A DNA stretch of 10,368 nucleotides. It comes from a candidate division WOR-3 bacterium. Its GTDB lineage: Bacteria > Hydrothermota > Tepidihabitantia > Tepidihabitantales > Tepidihabitantaceae. The stretch lies in contig CBFGIY010000078.1 of the NCBI GenBank assembly GCA_965648935.1, forward strand, positions 1-10,368, read 5' to 3'. The notes below the pieces were generated by a model, which saw nothing but the letters and a program-made list of their open reading frames with translations, did no database searches and had not been told where the DNA came from. The stretch's first letter is position 1; each line of letters starts with the position of its first letter. The position numbers and the translations under genes are program-made. Positions 1-5,662 of the stretch are shown here, one piece after another.

Positions 1-38
1 GGGCGCGGCCCGACTCAAGCCGCGGCGCGGCAGGGCGG

Positions 39-66
39 TTGACCGTGCGGCGGGCAGGGCTAGACT
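39..66 (+). promoter_or_regulatory. sigma70-like promoter TTGACC-N16-TAGACT for the 880-aa gene
   Basis: TTGACC at 39-44 and TAGACT at 61-66. ATG at 76 follows 9 nt later with no Shine-Dalgarno (cacttcacc). Confidence 0.7.
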
Positions 67-75
67 CACTTCACC

Positions 76-2718
76 ATGAAACGCATCCTTGTGCTGGCTA
101 TGTTGTGCTGGGCCGCGTTCGCGGCCGCGGCTGACGACATCTACGGCGACCCGGGCGGCGGCGTGCCGGCCCTGGTCGGATGGTCAAACTCAAAACCACA
201 AGCCCCGAATCACGACGCAGGTATGGACAGCATCGGGCCGGCGCTGATGCTGGACTCTGCGCTCGGCCTGATACCTGCCGAGGGCGTGCAGAGCTATGTT
301 GAACTTGCACGCGGCGATGATGCTTACCTCGTCGCGTGGCACGACAACCGGCGCAAGACGACCAACGACATCCTCGCGACGCGTATCAACTTCGACGGGC
401 AGGTGCTGGATACGCAGAACATCGTCATCTCGGGCAAGGCAGGCGACGAGTCCTTCCCGGCGGTGGCGTTCGACGGCACAAACTGGCTGGTGGTGTGGTC
501 GGATTCGCGCTCCGGCGTCGCCGACATCTGGGGGGCGCGCGTGAATCAGAATGGCGAGGTCATCGACTCGGCCGGATTTCTCATCTCGGGCGCGACAAAC
601 ACGCAGACGATACCATCGGTCGAGTTCAACGGCAGCGACTATCTGGTGGCATGGACCGACTACCGGGCGTCAACCTGGAAGACCTACTGCGCGCGCGTGA
701 CCCCGGCCGGAACCGTGCTTGACCCCGAGGGGATTCTGCTCTCGGGCGGCGGCTGTCTTTATCCGGAGATAGCCACCAGCGGCAGCGACTGGCTGGTGAC
801 CTGGCACGACGAACCGGCCAAGCTGATAATGGGCGGCCGGGTCGGGCCGGACGGCACCGTGCGCGACCCGGGCGGGTTTGTCATCGGGTCGGGCGCGAAC
901 GACCGGTTCTTCCCGGACGCGACTTTCGACGGCACGAACTACTATGTCGTGTGGCAGGACCGGCGCCAGGGCACGAGCGTGAACCACTGGTCGATCTACG
1001 GCGCGCGGGTCACGACCGCGGGCGTGGTGCTGGACCCGACCGGCCGGGCGGTGGTGAACAACGACGCCAAGTACGAGGGCATACCGCAGGTCTGCTGGGG
1101 CGACAGCACCTTCCTCGTGACCTACAAGGACGACGGGTTCTCGATGCGCGGGGCGGCGCGGGTGCGGCCCGACGGCACGGTGCTCGACCCGAACGGATTT
1201 CCGCTGAACGGGATGCCGCAGTGGTTCGCCGACATCGGGTTCGACGGCACGAATTGGATGACCGTCTCTTCGGGCAATCGCGAATCAGGCGGCGTGGGCG
1301 GCGGCGAGGACCCGATGGCGGCGCGGGTGACGCAGACCGGTGTCGTGCTCGACCCGTTCCCCAACATCCAGCTCGCGTATTCGGCGCACTGGCAACATTA
1401 TCCGGTTGCGGCCTGGAACGGTTCGTACTGGCTGGCGGTGTGGCAGGAGCAGGTGGCGGTGAGCAATTCCGACCTGCGCGGCATCCTGCTCGACGCGACC
1501 GGAGTGCCGGCCGGCGCGCCTTTCGACATCTGCACTGCGCCCAGTCACGCGACCACGGCCGAGGTCGTGGCGGGCGATTCGGGCTGGCTCGTGCTCTGGC
1601 AGGACTACCGCGGCGGGCAGCTTGAGGACCTCTACGCGGCGCGGGTGAGCCGGGATGGAATCGTGCTCGACCCGAACGGGTTCGCGGTCGCTTCGGTCTC
1701 CAGCGTCAACCGCTACCCGGCGGCGGCGTTCGACGGCACGAACTGGATGGTCGCGTTCTGGAAGTTCATCGGCCCGGATTACCACATCTACGCCGCGCGC
1801 ATCGCGCAGAACGGCACGGTGCTCGACCCCGAAGGGTTCGATGTCGCGGCCGCGGTCTACGGCCAGGGCTGGAACTACCACATCAGGCTGGGAATGGCTT
1901 TCGACGGGACGAACTACCTCACGGCGTGGCCCGACTACCGCAACGGCAGTTATGACATCTACGGCGTGCGCATCACGCCCGACCGGCAGATACTCGACCC
2001 GGGCGGATTCACCATCGCGCGCGCGGCCGCAGACCAGGAACTGCTGCAACTGGACTATGGCCGCGGCCGGTACTGCGTGGTGTGGCAGGACACGCGCTCG
2101 GGCAAGCAGATCTACGCCACGCTCGTGGACACTTTCGGCATGAGCGCGGACACTTCCGGGTTTGCGGTATCGCGCGGGTCCGCCGGGACCGAACCGGCGG
2201 TGACTTTTGACGGGGTCAACTTCGTCGCGGCATGGACCGACTCGAACCCGGCCGGCCGGGATATTTATGTCGCGCGCATCGACCCGGACCGCGGCCTGAT
2301 CGACACGAACTCGATACCAGCGGCGATAACGGCGGAAATGGAGGGCGGGCCGGCCGTGGCGGGCGGGCCTTTCGGCTCGACCGCGGTTCTGTTCCACCGC
2401 TACGCACCGGCGCCGTGGATGTGCACGCGAGCCTGGGCCGCGGTGTACTCCGAGCAGAGCGGCGTGGCCGAGAGCCGCAGGCTCGCGGCCAACAGCCCGA
2501 GGCTGGTGGCCAGCCACGCCCGCGGGGTCATCAATCTGACACCCGGCGGCAGTGACCGCATGGCTGACTTCGCGCTGCTGGACGCGGCCGGACGGCAGGT
2601 GATGGCACTGCGGCCCGGTGACAACGATGTGTCGAACCTCGCCGCCGGCGCGTACTTCGTGCAGACGGCAACCGGCAATCGCCGGTCGACGGTCGCGCGG
2701 GTCGTGGTCACGCGCTAG
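76..2718 (+). CDS. Secreted repeat protein (probable 2x7-bladed beta-propeller) with short T9SS type A-like C-terminal domain
   Basis: 880-aa ORF with a Sec-type signal peptide (MKRILVLAMLCWAAFAAAA). It has 14 repeats of ~50-58 aa, consensus P-x-V-A-F-DGTN-(W/Y)-LVVW-x-D-x-R...DIY-x-ARV-x-x-x-G-x-VLDP-x-GF. The C-terminus is GVAE...LLDAAGRQVMALRPGDNDVSNLAAGAYFV...RVVVTR. Confidence 0.9.
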   Translation: MKRILVLAMLCWAAFAAAADDIYGDPGGGVPALVGWSNSKPQAPNHDAGMDSIGPALMLDSALGLIPAEGVQSYVELARGDDAYLVAWHDNRRKTTNDILATRINFDGQVLDTQNIVISGKAGDESFPAVAFDGTNWLVVWSDSRSGVADIWGARVNQNGEVIDSAGFLISGATNTQTIPSVEFNGSDYLVAWTDYRASTWKTYCARVTPAGTVLDPEGILLSGGGCLYPEIATSGSDWLVTWHDEPAKLIMGGRVGPDGTVRDPGGFVIGSGANDRFFPDATFDGTNYYVVWQDRRQGTSVNHWSIYGARVTTAGVVLDPTGRAVVNNDAKYEGIPQVCWGDSTFLVTYKDDGFSMRGAARVRPDGTVLDPNGFPLNGMPQWFADIGFDGTNWMTVSSGNRESGGVGGGEDPMAARVTQTGVVLDPFPNIQLAYSAHWQHYPVAAWNGSYWLAVWQEQVAVSNSDLRGILLDATGVPAGAPFDICTAPSHATTAEVVAGDSGWLVLWQDYRGGQLEDLYAARVSRDGIVLDPNGFAVASVSSVNRYPAAAFDGTNWMVAFWKFIGPDYHIYAARIAQNGTVLDPEGFDVAAAVYGQGWNYHIRLGMAFDGTNYLTAWPDYRNGSYDIYGVRITPDRQILDPGGFTIARAAADQELLQLDYGRGRYCVVWQDTRSGKQIYATLVDTFGMSADTSGFAVSRGSAGTEPAVTFDGVNFVAAWTDSNPAGRDIYVARIDPDRGLIDTNSIPAAITAEMEGGPAVAGGPFGSTAVLFHRYAPAPWMCTRAWAAVYSEQSGVAESRRLAANSPRLVASHARGVINLTPGGSDRMADFALLDAAGRQVMALRPGDNDVSNLAAGAYFVQTATGNRRSTVARVVVTR
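286..2450 (+). repeat. 14 intragenic protein-level tandem repeats (~150-175 bp each)
   Basis: FDGTN(W/Y) and VLDPxG motifs recur in the translation, with DNA echoes such as ttcgacggcacgaac and gtgctcgacccg repeated several times. Confidence 0.85.
2473..2514 (+). repeat. Degenerate 7-bp tandem repeat in the linker before the C-terminal domain core
   Basis: AGCCGCA GGCTCGC GGCCAAC AGCCCGA GGCTGGT GGCCAGC; all six units begin RGCY. Confidence 0.55.
2667..2694 (+). repeat. Degenerate 7-bp tandem repeat near the C-terminus
   Basis: GGCAACC GGCAATC GCCGGTC GACGGTC. Confidence 0.5.
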
Positions 2719-2735
2719 GCTCGCTGGCGCGGATA

Positions 2736-2775
2736 GAAAAGCCGGACCGGGCAGATGCCCGGTCCGGCAGTTTTC
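2736..2775. terminator. Bidirectional intrinsic terminator between convergent genes
   Basis: Perfect 12-bp stem GCCGGACCGGGC (2741-2752), loop AGAT, GCCCGGTCCGGC (2757-2768). Flanked by GAAAA on the left and AGTTTTC on the right, between the stops at 2718 and 2787. Confidence 0.85.
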
Positions 2776-2786
2776 CGGTGGTCAGC

Positions 2787-5504
2787 CTAGTCGATCTTGA
2801 CCAGCTTCTCGGACGCGGTGAAGCCGTCGGCGCTCAGGCGGGCATAGTATATGCCGCGGCTGACCGGGCGGCCCGAGCCGTCCCGGCCGTCCCAGCGCAG
2901 CGAGTAGCGGCCCGGGGCCCGCTCGCCCGCCTCGAGCGTGCGCACGAGCGCGCCCGCGGCGCTGTAGACCGAAAGCTCGATCCGGCCGGCCCGGGGCAGG
3001 GCATAGGACAGACCGAGCCCGCGGCGGAACGGGTTGGGCTCAGCCCGGCCGAGCGCGAACGCGGCCGGCAGGTCGCGGCCTTCCTCGACCCCGGTCAGGG
3101 GCCGGACAACGACCCAGCCGTCAAAGCAGTTGTTCGACGGGTTCTCGTCGCTGCCGAGCGCGGTCGTGCAGCGGGTCGAGAACCGGCCGACCGAGTCGGC
3201 AAGCCAGGTGTCGAACTCGACCGTGTCGACCGCGCCGGCCGCGAGGCTGATGGTGCGGTTGACCGAGTAGCCCGCGCCGATGGTGAACCAGACGTCGAAG
3301 GTTTCGGATTCGGTGCCGAAGTTCCTGACGACGCCGCGCGGCGCGATGCTGTCGCCGTAGTCCATCGTGTCGGGCGGGGCGAGAATCGCGATCACGCCGA
3401 CGTCGTGGGTGAAGCTGGCCCCGGCCACGTCGCCGGTCAGGGTCCAGGCGAAGCGCTGGCGCGAGCCGGTGGCGACGCTCTGGCCGTACACGCGCAGCGT
3501 CCAAAGCCCGGTGTCGGGCGCGTTCACGCGGGCGCACTCCTCGACGTTGATCGAGTCGCGCAGCGCCGGGTTGGGCGTGGACTGGCCCGAGGTGTACTGA
3601 TTGCCCCAGTACTGGACGCCGGTCGGCGAGACGAGCTGGAGATTGAGGTTGTTGACCAGTGTGCGGGTAGCCGAGGGCGCGGCCGCGGTATCGGTCCAGG
3701 CCAGCGCGGCGCGCAGCGGGATGGCCGAGTTGACCCGGAACCGCACTTCCTTGTACTCGCCGGTCGCAAGGCCGATGGTGTCGTCGGCGAGCATCAGCTT
3801 GCGCAGGTCACCGGCGAAGTAGAGCACCGAGTCGGCATCAACCCGGCCCCAGCCGATGTCGAAGTTGGGCACGTTGGCCGAGCCGACATTGGGGTCACCC
3901 GATACCATCGCCATCGAGCGCAGCAGGGCCGACGAAATCCACGAGATGCGGTTGCCCGGTTCCGGTGTGCCGGTCGGGTAGTAGCCTTCCTGCAGGTAGC
4001 AGCGCATCAGGCCGAGCGTGCCGTTGGCGGCCGGGGTCGCCATCGAGGTGCCGGACATCTGCTGGTAGGACGCCGCGCCGGTGCGGTCCGCGGACCAGAG
4101 ATTGACGCCCGGGGCGACGATGTTGGGCTTGATGCGATTGTCCTGAGTCGGGCCGCGCGAGGAGAACGAAGCGATGGTATTCGAGGTGGTGCCGTTGTTT
4201 GTCGCGCCGATGGTGAGCACGTTCTTGGCGATGCCCGGGTTGCGCAGGCGGCGGGTCGAGCTCTCGTTGCCCGCGGCCATCAGGCAGAGCCAGTCGGGGT
4301 GAGCCCAGCAGTACTGGTCGGTCGAGGCGTCCTGCAGCAGGTAGGTGCCGGAGGAGTTGGACCAGCCCCACGAGCCGGAGTGCTGCTTGATGGGCTTGAG
4401 CGAATCGGGCAGGCCGCGGCCGAGGTAGGTCGTGTCCCACATCGGGGTGTGGTCGGTGGGTACGAGGAACGACGTGCCGCTGGTGACGTCGACGAAGTAT
4501 ATCCGTCCGTCCCGGGCCATTCCGTCGTAGTAGCTCGTTCCGCCGGTTATCGAGTCGTCGCCCGCGACCGTGCAGTTGACGTGCGAGCCGTGGTACTGGC
4601 CCTCGCTGGTGTCGGCCGTGCCGTAACGCTTGTACGCGACGACCTTGCGGTGGGTCGGCCAGACACCGGGCTTCTGCACCGGCAGGGCCGGGTCGCGGAA
4701 CATGTTGTGGCCGAGGTTCAGCCCCGTGTCGGTCGTGGACATTATCACGCCCTGGCCGCGCACGCCGTTGCGCCACACCGGGCGCGCCGCAAGCGAGGTG
4801 TCGGGCGGGGCCGAGGACAGCCAGCCGCTCTGCAGGACCCACTGGCAGGCGTTGTTGGTGAACGAACCCTCGGCATACTCCTGCATCCAGAACGTCTCCT
4901 GCATCCGGGCCAGGGCCGGAATGTCGGCGCCGTCCAGGGTTGCGGTAATTGTCGTGCCGAAGCTCGAGGTCATCGCCTCGCGAATTACCCCGCCGCGCGA
5001 CTCGATCGCATCGGTCACCGCGGCCGCTTCGGCCCCGCGCGCAAGCAGGATGACCACGGTCCGCTCGCCCCGGGCGTCGAGCAGCTTGTCTTCCAGCTTG
5101 TAGCCCGGCTGGTACAGCCCGGTCCACTTCACCATCGGCAGCGCGGCTACTGCGGCCCGGGTCTCGGGCGTGAGCCACGCCAGCACTGCGTTGGCCGGCA
5201 GCGCGCCATACAGCCCGGCCCCGGCGCGCACAAGCGCGTCGCGCCACGCCCCGAGCACCGGCCCGGTGAACTGGATGATGTAGAGGGCGCGGCCGGCCGG
5301 CGGCTCGATGCCGAGCCCGGTCGGCAGGGCCGGCTCGCCGGCGCGGGTGTCGATGACGAACCCGTTGGCAAGCTCGATGATGTCGGGACTGCCGGATGAG
5401 GGCGTGAACCCGCGGGCAGGACCCATATTGTAGTGGGACCGGGGAACGCCGAAAGCGGCGCCGGTCAGCAGGACGGACAGAACCACGGTCAGGACTGCTC
5501 TCAC
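2787..5504 (-). CDS. Secreted S8 family (subtilisin, KP-43-like) serine peptidase with C-terminal beta-barrel, CARDB-like Ig domain and FlgD/T9SS-type C-terminal domain
   Basis: 905 aa, GTG start with GGAGGT upstream, signal peptide MRAVLTVVLSVLLTGAAFG. Catalytic triad TDTG (D259), HGSHV (H305), GTSMATP (S487) and oxyanion-hole AAGN. KP-43-like motifs AKNVLTIGA, FSSRGPTQDNRIKPNIVAPG, GWGRV, LAWTD...VNNLNL. Ig-like HDVGVIAILAP...VRNFG...DENPSNN domain. C-terminus PNPF...VYSAAGALVRTL...WDGRDGSGRPVSRGIYYARL...KLVKID. Confidence 0.95.
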   Translation of the reverse strand: MRAVLTVVLSVLLTGAAFGVPRSHYNMGPARGFTPSSGSPDIIELANGFVIDTRAGEPALPTGLGIEPPAGRALYIIQFTGPVLGAWRDALVRAGAGLYGALPANAVLAWLTPETRAAVAALPMVKWTGLYQPGYKLEDKLLDARGERTVVILLARGAEAAAVTDAIESRGGVIREAMTSSFGTTITATLDGADIPALARMQETFWMQEYAEGSFTNNACQWVLQSGWLSSAPPDTSLAARPVWRNGVRGQGVIMSTTDTGLNLGHNMFRDPALPVQKPGVWPTHRKVVAYKRYGTADTSEGQYHGSHVNCTVAGDDSITGGTSYYDGMARDGRIYFVDVTSGTSFLVPTDHTPMWDTTYLGRGLPDSLKPIKQHSGSWGWSNSSGTYLLQDASTDQYCWAHPDWLCLMAAGNESSTRRLRNPGIAKNVLTIGATNNGTTSNTIASFSSRGPTQDNRIKPNIVAPGVNLWSADRTGAASYQQMSGTSMATPAANGTLGLMRCYLQEGYYPTGTPEPGNRISWISSALLRSMAMVSGDPNVGSANVPNFDIGWGRVDADSVLYFAGDLRKLMLADDTIGLATGEYKEVRFRVNSAIPLRAALAWTDTAAAPSATRTLVNNLNLQLVSPTGVQYWGNQYTSGQSTPNPALRDSINVEECARVNAPDTGLWTLRVYGQSVATGSRQRFAWTLTGDVAGASFTHDVGVIAILAPPDTMDYGDSIAPRGVVRNFGTESETFDVWFTIGAGYSVNRTISLAAGAVDTVEFDTWLADSVGRFSTRCTTALGSDENPSNNCFDGWVVVRPLTGVEEGRDLPAAFALGRAEPNPFRRGLGLSYALPRAGRIELSVYSAAGALVRTLEAGERAPGRYSLRWDGRDGSGRPVSRGIYYARLSADGFTASEKLVKID

Positions 5505-5508
5505 TCAG

Positions 5509-5514
5509 ACCTCC
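5509..5514 (-). promoter_or_regulatory. Shine-Dalgarno GGAGGT for the S8 peptidase
   Basis: acctcc on the + strand at 5509-5514, 4 nt upstream of the GTG start at 5504. Confidence 0.75.
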
Positions 5515-5620
5515 GCGTTTGACAGAACACTCAGAAAATCGTGCGGCCGCCCAGGGCGGCCTGCTTCTCATCTACCTGCATAACCCTTATACCCGCGCTG
5601 CGGGCCGAGTCTTCGGCTAT

Positions 5621-5649
5621 ATTATCCCCGGCCGTTTGCCGCGTGTCAA
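5621..5649 (-). promoter_or_regulatory. sigma70-like promoter TTGACA-N17-GATAAT for the S8 peptidase
   Basis: tgtcaa at 5644-5649 and attatc at 5621-5626 on the + strand. Implies a 5' leader of ~110 nt. Confidence 0.75.
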
Positions 5650-5662
5650 AAAGAGCCCCGTT

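Noticed and set aside
13..18. Possible divergent -35 (TTGAGT on the - strand) at the window start
   Set aside because: Its -10 and gene would lie outside the window, so it cannot be supported.
286..2450. Recurrent DNA words (ttcgacggcacgaac, gtgctcgacccg) as a possible CRISPR array or DGR template/variable repeat
   Set aside because: They are in-frame echoes of protein repeats at irregular ~150-175 bp multiples. There is no cas or reverse transcriptase gene and no adenine-specific mismatch pattern.
951..2555. 410-aa antisense ORF and several off-frame ORFs inside the repeat protein
   Set aside because: Expected from scarcity of stop codons at high GC; no protein-like features.
2778..5399. 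873-aa + strand ORF antisense to the S8 protease
   Set aside because: Codon-register shadow of a GC-rich gene. It is Arg/Gly/Ala/Val-rich with no motifs, while the opposite strand has a complete catalytic triad.
3895..5571. 558-aa - strand off-frame ORF over the S8 gene
   Set aside because: Arg-rich frame shadow; the S8 frame is intact, so no frameshift needs to be invoked.
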